From: Eukaryota sp. GEM-RC1
Taxonomy: Eukaryota
Direction: 5' to 3'
DNA length: 64,000 bases
Assembly (NCBI GenBank): GCA_040285855.1
Contig: JAUFOQ010000016.1
Coordinates: forward strand, 2,170,001-2,234,000
Shown: positions 35,973 through 50,122 of the stretch, in pieces
Position numbering within the stretch: the stretch's first letter is position 1
Layout of the letters: each line of letters starts with the position of its first letter
Translations under genes and position numbers: made by a program
The notes under the pieces: model-generated
What the model was told of the DNA's origin: nothing
Seen by the model: the letters and a program-made list of their open reading frames with translations, nothing else
Databases searched by the model: none

Positions 35973-36800
35973 TTTACGTTGCAGAAGTATTTTTTAGTTT
36001 AAATTTGTAGTTTATTTTTGTACAGTCTATTACGTCTAATGGTTATTTGCAACAAATTGATTACTTCACAGAAACGCACTTCTTTACAATGACGCACTTT
36101 TTTAGATTGAGTAAGTCAAAAGCTATATAAACGGCAGTTGAAGAATGTCCACGTCATAAGACGGGTTCATGTGCTGAAACAACCACATAAAACTAAAACA
36201 TGAATCATCAAACAAGTAGTTGCCATCAAACAGCTTAACCAAAATAGATTAAACAAATACACACATTGTCATAAAGAAGGAAAACATGACATCACACTGT
36301 CCGGCATTCCAGATGTTGAACTTTTCGTGAATTTCTAAACGTATATTAAAAAACTTATCTTATATTTTTTTATCCTTACAACGTACTTAACAGAATAAAG
36401 GATGATCTAGTAATGTTTTTTATCAATGTTTTTTATTCGAAAATAAGATGATCTAATACTCAATGTCATCAAAGCAAGATTCCTTCGAATCGAACCTTGT
36501 TGAAGCTTTGTCTTCATAAAACACACTTAGGGATAACAAAGCTTTTCAAATCATTGTGGGAACTGCCTTGAGAATCGTAAAGACAATTCGGTTCTGCCAA
36601 AAGAACGTTCAAATATTTTGTTGGTTCTACGAGCTACAACTTTTGCAAAATCATCTAGTAATGTCATCTATATTTAAGGAATCAATCAGTCACACTTACT
36701 GAAAATGCCAGCAAACAGGAAATGTCAACTATTTGAGCTGTTTCCAGATCACTTTTATCGATTTGGTCAAAGTTTGAACTTCATACTTCACGACACATGA

Positions 36801-39800
36801 ATGACTATCGATAAAACTCATTCTTCTACAGTCCTGATCCTAGTTGTCCTACTTCATTCCTTCCTTGCTTCAGTTTCTTTCGCATCTGAAACATATACCT
36901 GGGCAACTGCAACTGATGGCTATTTTGATGAACCGCAAAACTGGTTGGATTCGTCCAGTTCTCAACCAGAAACAGTCGACCCATCCTCTCTGTTCATCAT
37001 ACCCTCTTTCGACGACGAATCTTTCAACGTCTATTATAGATCTGATGTCTCTATCCATACTTTGGAGTTCGATTCACCTACAGCAACTCTTCATCTTCAG
37101 GACACTTCTCTTTTCAGAAATTCTTGTTCATAATTCTTCTGGTGGAAGTTCAGTATCGTTTACAGATACATTGTCGTTAAGTGTTTTAAATTTCACTGCT
37201 ACTAATTGTCATCTTGATTTAAATCTAAAAGATTCTTCGGATAGTACAGTTTTGGATGTGTTTGTTCTATATGGCTCTACTTTAACGTCACATTCTTCGG
37301 AAATATTCTTCAATAATCTTACTTTCATTGATTCAAAACGACTGGGATCTGGAAATATTTCTACTGATTGGCTTTACATTTCTGACTCTGAATTTAGTGG
37401 TGATGCTTTTACTAATTGTTTAGGTCGATGTTACGTGAAAAATGATGTTTTGAATATTATTTCCATTACAAACAATCACGTTTCCTATTTCACTACTGAT
37501 TTTGCAACACTTATTTTTGAATTGGAGTCTTCAAGTCTAGAAATTTCTGGTTATCTTGATATCAGTGGTTCTATTCTGGTTTCGGACGATTCAACCTCAA
37601 ATTTTGAAATTTCTGAAACTACTCAAATCATCAATGGAGGATCACTGGAAGTCGAAAATTATCTAGATCTCACTGGTTTTCTCTCTGTTATTGATGGTCA
37701 ATTGATTCTTCCTATTTCTCATGATTTTATTGGTAATTTATCAATTTTAGAATCTGGACACGCTAACTTTTCTGGTGATTCCTACGTCTTTGACGAGGAT
37801 TCCACTTTTCTTTACATCCTAATAATTTGGAATTGTTACACTCTGACCCTGTTGTAACTATTAAGGGAAGTTTCATTGGAGCTGAATACTTTAATCATTC
37901 CAAGGGGGAATTTAAATTTCTAGAAAATTCAATATTTGATACACCAATCGTTTATGTCTCTAATTCGGCCTTTCTGAACATCTCTGATACTGAATTTAAA
38001 CTTGAAACTTTTTTTTGAAGTAGATTCTGGAGTAATTGAACTCAATTATTTGAATAATATTGTTCCAATTGAAATTCCATCAGTAACTCTTCTTGATGGT
38101 GAATTATCACTTACTGGAGGACACTTCTCTTTTCAGAAATTCTTGTTCATAATTCTTCTGGTGGAAGTTCAGTATCGTTTACAGATACATTGTCGTTAAA
38201 TGTTTTAAATTTCACTGCTACTAATTGTCATCTTGATTTAAATCTAAAAGACCCTTCGGATAGTACAGTTTTGGATGAGTTTGTACTACATGGCTCTACT
38301 TTAACGTCACATTCTTCTGAAATATTCTTCAATAATCTAACTTTGATTGATTCAAAACGACTGGGATCTGGAAATATTTCTACTGATTGGCTGTACATTT
38401 CTGACTCTGAATTTAGTGATGATGCTTCTACTAATTGTATAGGTCTATGTTATGTGAAAAATGGTGTTTTGAGTATTATTTCCATTACAAACAATCATGA
38501 TTTAGTCCTTGCTGGCGTTTCCCATTTCACTACTGATTTTGCGACACTTATTATTGAGTTGGAGTCTTCAAATCTAGAAATTTCTGGTCACCTTGATATT
38601 AGTGGTTCTATTCTGGTTTCAGACGATTCAACTTCAAAATTTCAAATTTCCGGAACTGCTCAAATTATCAATGGAGGATCACTTGAAGTCCATAATTGTC
38701 TAGATCTAACAGGTTTTCTCTCTGTTGTTGATGGTCAATTGATTCTTCCTATTTCTCATGATTTTATTGGTAATTTATCAATTTTAGAATCTGGACACGC
38801 TAACTTTTCTGGTGATTCCTACGTCTTTTACGAGGATTCCACTTTTCTTTTACATCCTAATAATTTGGAATTGTTACACTCTGACCCTGTTGTAACTATT
38901 AAGGGAAGTTTCATTGGAGCTGAATACTTTAATCATTCCAAGGGGGAATTTAAATTTCTAGAAAATTCAATATTTGATACACCAATCGTTTATGTCTCTA
39001 ATTCGGCCTTTCTGAACATCTCTGATACTGAATTTAAACTTGAAACTTGTTTTGAAGTAGATTCTGGAGCAATTGAACTCAATTATTTGAATAATATTGT
39101 TCCAATTGAAATTCCATCAGTTACTCTTCTTGATGGTGAATTATCACTTACTGGAGGACACTTCTCTTTTCAGAAATTCTTGTTCATAATTCTTCTGGTG
39201 GAAGTTCAGTATGGTTTACAGATACATTGTCGTTAAATGTTTTAAATTTCACTGCTACTAATTGTCATCTTGATTTAAATCTAAAAGACCCTTCGGATAG
39301 TACAGTTTTGGATGAGTTTGTACTACATGGCTCTACTTTAACGTCACATTCTTCTGAAATATTCTTCAATAATCTAACTTTGATTGATTCAAAACGACTG
39401 GGATCTGGAAATATTTCTGCTGATTGGCTGTACATTTCTGACTCTGAATTTAGTGGTGATGCTTTTACTAATTGTATAGGTCTATGTTATGTGAAAAATG
39501 ATGTTTTGAATATTATTTCCATTACAAACAATCATGATTTAATCCTTGCTGGCGTTTCCTATTTCACTACTGATTTTACGACACTTATTATTGAGTTGGA
39601 GTCTTCAAATCTAGAAATTTCTGGTCACCTTGATATTAGTGGTTCTATTCTGGTTTCAGACGATTCAACTTCAAAATTTCAAATTTCCGGAACTGCTCAA
39701 ATTATCAATGGAGGATCACTTGAAGTCCATAATTGTCTAGATCTAACAGGTTTTCTCTCTGTTGTTGATGGTCAATTGATTCTTCCTATTTCTCATGATT

Positions 39801-42800
39801 TTATTGGTAATTTATCAATTTTAGAATCTGGACACGCTAACTTTTCTGGTGATTCCTACGTCTTTTACGAGGATTCCACTTTTCTTTTACATCCTAATAA
39901 TTTGGAATTGTTACACTCTGACCCTGTTGTAACTATTAAGGGAAGTTTCATTGGAGCTGAATACTTTAATCATTCCAAGGGGGAATTTAAATTTCTAGAA
40001 AATTCAATATTTGATACACCAATCGTTTATGTCTCTAATTCGGCCTTTCTGAACATCTCTGATACTGAATTTAAACTTGAAACTTTTTTTTGAAGTAGAT
40101 TCTGGAGTAATTGAACTCAATTATTTGAATAATATTGTTCCAATTGAAATTCCATCAGTAACTCTTCTTGATGGTGAATTATCACTTACTGGAGGACACT
40201 TCTCTTTTTCAGAAATTCTTGTTCATAATTCTTCTGGTGGAAGTTCAGTATCGTTTACAGATACATTGTCGTTAAATGTTTTAAATTTCACTGCTACTAA
40301 TTGTCATCTTGATTTAAATCTAAAAGACCCTTCGGATAGTACAGTTTTGGATGAGTTTGTACTACATGGCTCTACTTTAACGTCACATTCTTCTGAAATA
40401 TTCTTCAATAATCTAACTTTGATTGATTCAAAACGACTGGGATCTGGTAATATTTCTGCTGATTGGCTTTACATTTCTGACTCTGAATTTAGTGATGATG
40501 CTTTTACTAATTGTATAGGTCGATGTTATGTGAAAAATGATGTTTTGAGTATTATTTCCATTACAAACAATCATGATTTAGTCCTTGCTGGCGTTTCCCA
40601 TTTCACTACTGATTTTGCGACACTTATTATTGAGTTGGAGTCTTCAAATCTAGTAATTTCTGGTCACCTTGATATTAGTGGTTCTATTCTGGTTTCAGAC
40701 GATTCAACTTCAAATTTTCAAATTTCCGGAACTGCTCAAATTATCAATGGAGCATCACTTGAAGTCCATAATTGTCTAGATCTAACAGGTCTTCTCTCTG
40801 TTGTTGATGGTCAATTGATTCTTCCTATTTCTCATGATTTTATTGGCAATTTATCAATTTTAGAATCTGGACACGCTAACTTTTCTGGTGATTCCTACGT
40901 CTTTTACGAGGATTCCACTTTTCTTTTACATCCTAATTATTTGGAATTGTTACACTCTGACCCTGTTGTAACTATTAAGGGAAGTTTTATTGGAGTTGAA
41001 TACTTTAATCATTCTAAGGGTGAATTTAAATTTGTGGAAAATTCAATATTTGATACACCAATCGTGTATGTCTCTAATTCGACATTTCTGAACTTCTCTG
41101 ATACTGAATTTAAACTTGAAACTTCTTTTGAAGTAGATTCTGGAGTAATTGAACTCAATTATTTGAATAATGTTGTTCCAATTGAAATTCCATCAGTTAC
41201 TCTTCTTGATGGTGAATTATCACTTACTGGAGGACACTTCTTTTTTCAGAAATTCTTGGTCATAATTCTTCTGGTGCAAGTTCAGTATCGTTTACAGATA
41301 CATTGTCGTTAAATGTTTTAAATTTCACTGCTACTAATTGTCATCTTGATTTAAATCTAAAAGACCCTTCGGATAGTACAGTTTTGGATGAGTTTGTACT
41401 ACATGGCTCTACTTTAACGTCACATTCTTCTGAAATATTCTTCAATAATCTAACTTTGATTGATTCAAAACGACTGGGATCTGGTAATATTTCTGCTGAT
41501 TGGCTTTACATTTCTGACTCTGAATTTAGTGATGATGCTTTTACTAATTGTATAGGTCGATGTTATGTGAAAAATGATGTTTTGAGTATTATTTCCATTA
41601 CAAACAATCATGATTTAGTCCTTGCTGGCGTTTCCCATTTCACTACTGATTTTGCGACACTTATTATTGAGTTGGAGTCTTCAAATCTAGTAATTTCTGG
41701 TCACCTTGATATTAGTGGTTCTATTCTGGTGTCAGACGATTCAACTTCAAATTTTCAAATTTCCGGAACTGCTCAAATTATCAATGGAGGATCACTTGAA
41801 GTCCATAATTGTCTAGATCTAACAGGTCTTCTCTCTGTTGTTGATGGTCAATTGATTCTTCCTATTTCTCATGATTTTATTGGTAATTTATCAATTTTAG
41901 AATCTGGACACGCTAACTTTTCTGGTGATTCCTACGTCTTTTACGAGGATTCCACTTTTCTTTTACATCCTAATTATTTGGAATTGTTACACTCTGACCC
42001 TGTTGTAACTATTAAGGGAAGTTTTATTGGAGTTGAATACTTTAATCATTCTAAGGGTGAATTTAAATTTGTGGAAAATTCAATATTTGATACACCAATC
42101 GTGTATGTCTCTAATTCGACATTTCTGAACTTCTCTGATACTGAATTTAAACTTGAAACTTCTTTTGAAGTAGATTCTGGAGTAATTGAACTCAATTATT
42201 TGAATAATGTTGTTCCAATTGAAATTCCATCAGTTACTCTTCTTGATGGTGAATTATCACTTACTGGAGGACACTTCTTTTTTCAGAAATTCTTGGTCAT
42301 AATTCTTCTGGTGCAAGTTCAGTATCGTTTTCAGATACATTGTCGTTAAATGTTTTAAATTTCACTGCTACTAATTGTCATCTTGATTTAAATCTAAAAG
42401 ATTCTTCGGATAGTACAGTTTTGGATGTGTTTGTTCTATATGGCTCTACTTTAACGTCACATTCTTCTGAAATATTCTTCAATAATCTAACCATGATTGA
42501 TTCAAAACGACTGGGATCTGGTAATATTTCGGCTGATTGGCTTTCCATGTCTGACTCTGAATTTAGTGGTGATGCTTTTACTAATTGTGTTGGTCGATGT
42601 TTTGTAAGCAATGATGTTTCAAATATTATTTCCATTTTAAATAATCATGATTTAGTATTCCAACCCCCTTTGTCATTCACTAATTTACGTTTCTCCGTTT
42701 CCTCTTCCAGACTAATACTACTATCCACCATGAAACTGACTACATTACGTTTCTCCGTAGATCTTGGGGAAATTATTTTCTATGAAGATGTCACTATTTC

Positions 42801-45800
42801 TGATTGTCAATTTGATTTGGTTGATCCGCTTTCTACCAGTGTTCTTGGTTTTGACTTGCCATATTCCAGTCAAATAATTGTTTTGGCTGACGTATTCATT
42901 CAATCAAATTCTTCCACAACAGTTCCTTTCGTCTTCCATGGCTCAATCAGTTTCCATGACGTGACGTTTCTTTCCATCTTCTCCCACAGTACTTTTTCTT
43001 ACTCTTCATCATTATCTTCTTCTAAGCATCTTCTGATCTTTGGTACTTTGTTGGTTCAAGGCAAATGGTCCGTGGAGTCCACGTTGTTGTTGAATAGTGG
43101 CACTGTTGTGTTTGATCCGAGTTCATTGTTTAATTTTACTAATCTTGATTTAAGATCTTCTAAAGTATACTTGTTGCACGTTCCTAATTCAATTAATTCT
43201 ATTGTTCTCGACAACTCACAACTCTGTATTCAACATATTAATCATGATTTGTTGATTCCCTTTGTTAAACAGAAATCTTCGAAAATGAATTTAGACTCAA
43301 TTGATGGACAAGTGGAGATCTTTAATCTATTGTTAATTTCATCAGAATTTAATATCACTAATTGTTATCCATTCTTTGTGATTAGAGTTCTACAGACTTC
43401 GTATTCTCAAATCAATCTCAATTCTGGTTCTCTTTCTGTTGTTGAAAACTTAACAAACAGAGTCGATTCTGACTTTCTGGGTAATGATCCTTATATTTTT
43501 TTTAAATATTTACGTATTTGATGTATTCACTTCCGAAAACTCCTTTTGTTGTTCTACTTTTGAGTGTCAAGTATCGGTTCTCTTTGACCATGTTCAATTC
43601 ATCAACAATTTTGAATATTTCGATTTTCAGGGATCATCTGAATCCAGCTACAGTATTCATTCTTCATCTTTTGAGGTATTCTTTTCTGACAATTCTGGTG
43701 TGGACCAGCAGTTCAATGACATTCTCTTTAGCTTTACCGTTAATAGTCAGTTTACCTTAATTAACCAGATTATTCCCATTTGTCCTTTCAATCAGTGAAC
43801 GCTAACACGTCCAAAAATCGAATCTAACACGTGTTAACACGCGTGTTAGGACGTGTTACGTGTTACGTGTTTGCGTTACAGGAATTTTTCCTGGTTGCTG
43901 GTTCAACGATAAACAGCTCGTTTCTTCTACACATTTGTCCCTACGATACTCTACATCACTTTAGGGGACTTCTAAAACGACGTCTTTCATTCTTTTAGCA
44001 GCAAAATGCATTTTTGTGGCTTCTGGAACTAAAGACTAGAGGTTTATAAAGAATAGTCAGTATCCTAACACTAAATACATTGACACGTCATCATGACAAT
44101 ACATTTTCACATCATTCAGACCGAAAATAGTAACCGTACTTTGCGTGTTAGAAATCAGCCAAAATTCCTAACACATGTTAACACGTGTTAACACGCGTGT
44201 TACGTGTCAGGCCGTGTTACGTGTTAGCGTTCACTGCTTTCAATGTTACTCATATAGTATCTCCTTTTACTTTTGGATCTGTTTTAGAAGTTTCTGGGGA
44301 TAGTTTTGGGCCCAACACTTTGTCTATTTTAGTTCAAATTCCTTCTCTTGGAATAGCAACTGTTTCTACAAATCATTCACACTTTTCTTTGTCCTTTTTG
44401 TCCCGCCTGGTGCTGGTTGTCATGTTATACACTTCCTTCCTGAACGTAGGCCGTTGTACACGTCTACATTTTGCTATGGAATACCAACAATTACTGATTT
44501 TGCCCCTAATAGTTTATCATTTACCGGGGATTTTTCAATTATTGGACAAAACTTGGGAATACCAGAATTCATTGTTCTTCAATTCGAAAACGTAACTGAT
44601 GTAGAGTATGAAATTTTAAGCGCTTATCATCAATTAATATCGTACATATTAAATCAATATGTGTTACAGACGTACAGTCTATTAGTTTGTACTTGTTGAT
44701 TGCTGATCAACCTAGCAATTCTATTTCAATTAACTTACACGCTCCTTCTATTCATGTCTTTCCAGAAGTTCTGCCAATTCAAGGAGGACCTTTTTCCATT
44801 TATAGTCCTCAGTTGGGTCAGTTATTGGTTTCATCGTGTTTACCTTATTCAAACTTAACTTGTGACGGGGTTTCAGTAAGTTATTCATCTAATTCTAGCA
44901 ATGTTAATAGAATATCTGCTGAAATTTCAAATTATAGTTCCAGTTTGAGTGAATATTCTTGTAACTTGCAGTTAACCCCATCGTTAGTTACTCATTTTGA
45001 AATCATTATTGCCACTATTACCAGTTCAACGGACTCTGGGGTTTGTTTTGTAGGAACGACGTGTCAAACACGTGTTTTTGTTTCAGATCCTACAATTGAT
45101 CTATCAACGCTGTCCCCGCAAGGTATTAGAGCTGACATTGTTGATTATACCACTGAATTCAATAGTACTTTGTTGACGTTTACACCGACTGCCATTGAAC
45201 CTATCATTTATTTATGTAAGTATGATATTTGCTTTCCTGTTTCAGAGTTGCCACCAGTGGTACAGCTCTTAGATATTTCATCTTCTCACTTCGTTTATTT
45301 TGGAGTTGAGTCAGTTTTTTCATTGGACCTTCAAGCAAACAATCTAGGAAGGTATCACGTTGATTGGAGTGACTATATATTTATTAGTGATTTTCAAATC
45401 CGTTTTGATGTTTTAGATGAAGGACATTTGAGACTTCACTTGTCTGCCGTTGGTATTGGAGAACATTCCATCAATACATTTTCTGGAATTTCAATGTCAA
45501 CTACAGAATTAAAAATTGAAATAATTGATGCTCTGGTTTTTCCAACGATCTTTGTCTCTTCTAAGTCAGTTTTCTTTTCTGATTCCATGGATGTTGTCAC
45601 CATTTTTTTAAATGACTTGCAGTTTAATCTTTATTTGGGATATAATGAGTTGGATTTGTTCGATTTGAATAATTGTCCACCTTCAGTTATTGTATCAGCT
45701 GATCAGAATTATAGAGAAATTGAACTATTGTGTCAAGATTTTTCTTTCTCAGATAATTATAGTCAACTGCTCAATGGTTTATACTCATTTGTACAGCTTC

Positions 45801-48800
45801 ATGTCCCTATTAATGAAGGTTGGAGCTATGATGTTTCTTGTGTTAAGAATTCTGAATGTGAAATTTCTGAAGTATTCATTGAATTGTATCTCTCAATTGT
45901 TGTCCGTTTCTCAGTTTCAGGAATTGGTCACGTTTTGTTGTCAATCACTGAGGACCGTCACGTGTCAGAACTATTAGTCCCATTAGAAGTGATTGCTTTT
46001 CCAGTTTTCCACTTAAATCCTTTAAATTTGAGTGTCGTTTACTATAATGTTGCCACTTTTTCTGTGTTTATTAAAAATTATGTCAAAAGTGGATCATTCT
46101 TCATCAACGATCAAATTTTAAATTTCGTTGTCCATGATCTCACAGATAAAGTTTTAGTTACATGTTTTCTTCCCGATACTTTCACTACTGGTTTCACGAT
46201 GGTGAATCTTATCTGGCGTTTTTCCAGCTTTTCGCCCTTTTTTATTGAATCTATTTCAGTTTTCAAACTTTCAATTACAACAATTACTGAATTTGTTTCT
46301 ATTTCATCACCAAGAGACTTGTCAGTAGTTGTTGATACAATGACTGATCAGTTTAACTTCTTTTGTAAAATTGATGACGGGATCTTTCCCATTGAAATAG
46401 TCTCTTCAACTGAAATCATTTGCATTGATGTCTTCACTTCCATTATTTCTCCATCTGCAAATGTTTCAATTGCCTCTCATAACTCTAAACTAATTGACTC
46501 TTATTTAGCTTCTGTTGAAGGTCTTTTTTTCTCACGAGTGCTGCGTGATTCCATCAGATCTTGCTCTTCCACTGTCATCCCAATCTTTTTGATTGATTCT
46601 CATGAAGGTGATTGGTCTAATGCCTCGAATGGTTTCCGTTGCTGTCAAGGGTCTATCCTACAATGTTCAGTTTCTGTAAAACATTATTCAAATATTACAA
46701 TTTCATTTTCTCAACAATTTCATTTCATCACTTTTTCAATCACTTCCCGTGCTGGTTGTAAGGCAAGCACTCGTAGAGATCCACCAATAGAAATTTTAAA
46801 TTTTGATGACGTCACATGGGAGTGTTCTCCATCTCTAATGGTTTTGAACTTGCTTCTAGATGTTTACTCACGTTTGATTCCCTCTCTATTTCTGATGTTA
46901 TTTCTTTAGTTGTTTTAGAAAATCTAACAATATTTGAAATTGAAGTTTATGGATATGATCCTACAAGATGTCTTCATCCAATTACACCTTCTTTAGGTCT
47001 TTCCTCTGCTGGCTTTTTGTTGATATTACTTCACTAATTCATTTTAGTGGACAACATTTCAACAACATTTCTCAATTTTTGATAGAAAGTTCAGATCGTG
47101 TTACAGAAATCACCAATCTAGTTGCATTTGACACTGTAATTGAAGCTTCCGATTGCTACACTTCATCTGTTTCACTTGCTTTAAATTATGAACCTAATCT
47201 TCCACAGTTTTTTGAATTATATTCTTCAGTTATTTTCTCAAATGACGATAGTATTGCTGTAACTTGTCGTGATGAATTTGGTTTCGTTGTTTCCTGCCAA
47301 AATTTAAAATTTGATGTGATCTATTCAACACTTGATATCAAAATTTCCAATTGCACTGAAACTTCTTGTTCCATTTACATTTCTCCGTCATATACATTGG
47401 GAAATCATTTATTTGCATATGAAACTTTCTTCAACTTTGACGTTTTTGTTTCTTCTATGAGTTTTACGTTAGTTCAAGCCGTGAGACAAGAACTGTTTGT
47501 AACTCTTTTAGGTTCATCTCCATGTGATGAAAACAATTTTGATGAATTAACATGTACAATTTTTAAACTCAACGCTGAATATAACATTTACTTTGACACA
47601 TCGTTCTATTCAGCAAATGTTTCACTTTTGTCACTAACAATTCTCTCTGACTTTACCGTTCTCCACATTGGATCAAACTCATTTGGTATCATTTCTCCTC
47701 CTTTAATTGAGATTCAATTACTATTTTCTTATGAATCATCCACTGTTTTTATGTCTCCTATTGCTTTAGATTGTCAATTTCCAAAAATTTTCAGTAATGG
47801 AAGGTGTGTATGTGACTTGGGATATCAATTATCCCAATCATCTGGCTATTGTGAACTTTGTTTTTTAAATTCTTTTTCTGATATTTCTGCCCCTCAAGTT
47901 TGTCGTAATTGCCCTCATCCACGTGTCACTTAAATCAAGGGTGCTTCTAGTTTGGTTGATTGTGTTTGTCCAAAGAATTCTCTTGACATTGATGGTCAAT
48001 CGTGTTTCGATTGTCCTTCTTTTGTTTACTGTGATTTTGGACAAGTTAAATCTTATTCGGATGGCTTCCTTTTTTCTACTCCTTTTGGTTATTCTCAGTG
48101 TTATTTTAAATATTTGTGTCGAAATAATTCTTGTATTGATGGTCATTTTGGTGATCATTGTCTTGATTGCTCGCAAGGTTATACCTTTGTAGGAGGTCGT
48201 TGTATTAAAACTGGTTTCTCGTGGGAATCAATTTTGATTGTTGTTGTATCTGTCGGTGTTTGCGCATGTTTTAACTTGTATTATGCTCGTCTTAATCATG
48301 GTAATTTCTTAATGGTCAAACAATTAGAAAAGAAAGAGTTTGCTATACATGCATCATTGAAACGAAAATTACTCAAAAACCAAAACTTAATGTTTTATTA
48401 GTGTTTCCAACTTCTCTTGTATTTCATCCACATTCAATATCCGGATTTCTCAGTCTTTTGGCGAGTTCTTTTTTTTCTTTTGTTCATTTGGATGTTTTTT
48501 ATCAATACTTTTTCTGGCTTCTCTTTTTGAATATGAGCAGTGTTGTTGTACATTGTTTTTGATTCAGTTTTACACTGGTAATTCTGTTCAGGTTTTGAAA
48601 AAATGATTTCTCCTGGATTAATTGATGTTTTTGCTTTTGTACTTGTTCTACCAAATGTTGTATATTATTTGATCCATACTTCTTTAACTACTTCATTTGT
48701 TTTTTGCATGATTCTATTTACCTGTTTGTTATTATACCTCGCCTATACCAGATCCTTCTTTTTCATGTGGTTTTTTGGTTCTTGTGTGTTGTTTTTCAGT

Positions 48801-49025
48801 GAAGTTTTGTTTCCTTTCAAAATATTTTTCATTTTTGCCACCATGTTTCTTCTGTTTGTTGCGTTGGTATCCAAGAAATTCGATAGATATTTTTGTATTG
48901 CTTTGAGTAGTTATTGTTTGATTCGATTAACTGCCAACCTATCATTTGTGTATATTGTAATTTATTTGCCAATAAATTGGTTTTTGTCTATTGTGAAAAT
49001 GGTGATCAATCTCATTGCAGATTGA
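36801..49025 (+). CDS. Giant secreted/membrane protein (signal peptide, 346-aa repeats, IPT/TIG-like segments, Cys-rich repeats, multi-TM C-terminus); fragmented and MITE-interrupted, possibly a pseudogene
   Basis: Signal peptide (VLILVVLLHSFLASVSFA) then TWATATDGYFDEPQNW; IPT-like GSVLEVSGDSFG and FSIIGQNLG; C-terminal CxCxxG repeats and hydrophobic helices. ORFs join at homopolymer runs and across the MITE at 43793. Confidence 0.7.
37101..42657 (+). repeat. Intragenic tandem repeat, ~1038-bp unit, about 5.4 copies
   Basis: GACACTTC..TTTTCAGAAATTC recurs at 37101, 38120, 39157, 40195, 41233 and 42270. The first unit has an in-frame 18-bp deletion. Confidence 0.97.
43793..44236. mobile_element. 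hAT-like MITE (AACACGT family) inserted in a coding sequence
   Basis: Perfect 18-bp TIR CAGTGAACGCTAACACGT; perfect 8-bp TSD CTTTCAAT (43785-43792 / 44237-44244). Confidence 0.95.
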
Positions 49026-49191
49026 TAGTACTGATCTAAACATCATTGAGTTTAGAAGTGTTCACAGACATTCAAGATTTTACTGCAATCGATTTACAAA
49101 GGATTGTGTTCCTCAGAAGTAAGCGATTGCTTAGGGAAAGGCTAAACATGAGATTGGGCCACAAAGGAGTAAATCCAGCAACACTTGTAAC

Positions 49192-50122
49192 TAGACACTG
49201 GAATCGGATCAACTTCGGATCGGAGCGATTTTCTTGGTTTTGCTCGGATTCGGATTGGATTTTACTACCAGATCCGAAATATCCGATCGGATTTCTAATG
49301 ATTTTGATATTGTTGTGGACGCAAAATACATCAAAATACATTAGATTACTTTACTAATACTAACACTAATATAGATACATTAGTTGGTGTCAGTTAGCGA
49401 TTATTTTTACAAAAGCAATTACTGAATTTCACTGTATTGATGATAAATCCCGTTTCTTTATTAATATTATACGTTATTCAAAACGATTGATTTGAAAACA
49501 TGTCTGTTGAAGATGACTCGCTAAGTAAAATCGGTAACTACGTCTGTCTCAAGTGTCTTACTATTCCAATGTAGACGTCCTCTTGGATTCTGCCGCCAGC
49601 CACAACGAAGTCCATTAATTTGGTGGAATAGAAATGGATGCACTTATACCACACTTGCTCGAATCTTCTTTGATTATTGTTCAATACTGGCAGCATTTGT
49701 ATTATGTGAAAGACTCTTTTCCCTTGCTGGGTTAATTGTGTGTGGAAAAGAGCATCTCTCAAATGTGACACAGTTCAAGTATTGGTTTTACTCAATTCAT
49801 GAACAAAACTTGGATTTATGTCTGATGATGGACTTTACCTCGATATTGACAATTCATGTTACTTTTTGACCAATAAATCTTAATAGCATTTGGTTATCCT
49901 TCTTCTAGTAAAAACAAGTTCAAAGGACGTCATTTCTTTATGGAACAAAAACCGTAAGATAAGTGCAAAAACTAAAACAGACTCAATGAAATGTATTAGA
50001 TAAAAGAAAGCTCAAATGCGATCGGATCTTTCGGATCGGATTCGGATATTGAACACTAGGATCCGAATCGAATTCAGATTTCGATCGGATCGGATTTGAG
50101 ACAATTCCGATTCCAAGGTCTA
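49192..50122. mobile_element. hAT-like MITE (TCGGAT family)
   Basis: TIR TAGACACTGGAATCGGA / TCCGATTCCAAGGTCTA (2 mismatches); TSD CTTGTAAC / CTTGAAAC; TCGGAT arrays at both ends. Confidence 0.88.

Larger units (their letters stand above)
21320..36025. repeat. Large inverted duplication (arms ~21320-26900 and ~30430-36025) with a LAS1-containing spacer
   Basis: Paralogous CDSs plus homologous upstream (AAAGTTCGAAATAGTTTTGC, CATTGTAATTACA.TATCAATG) and downstream (AGAAGTATTTTT.GTTT) flanks in opposite orientation. Confidence 0.9.

Noticed and set aside
43793..44236. MITE acting as an introner
   Set aside because: The terminal GT (43795) and AG (44227) would leave 19 extra nt and shift the frame.
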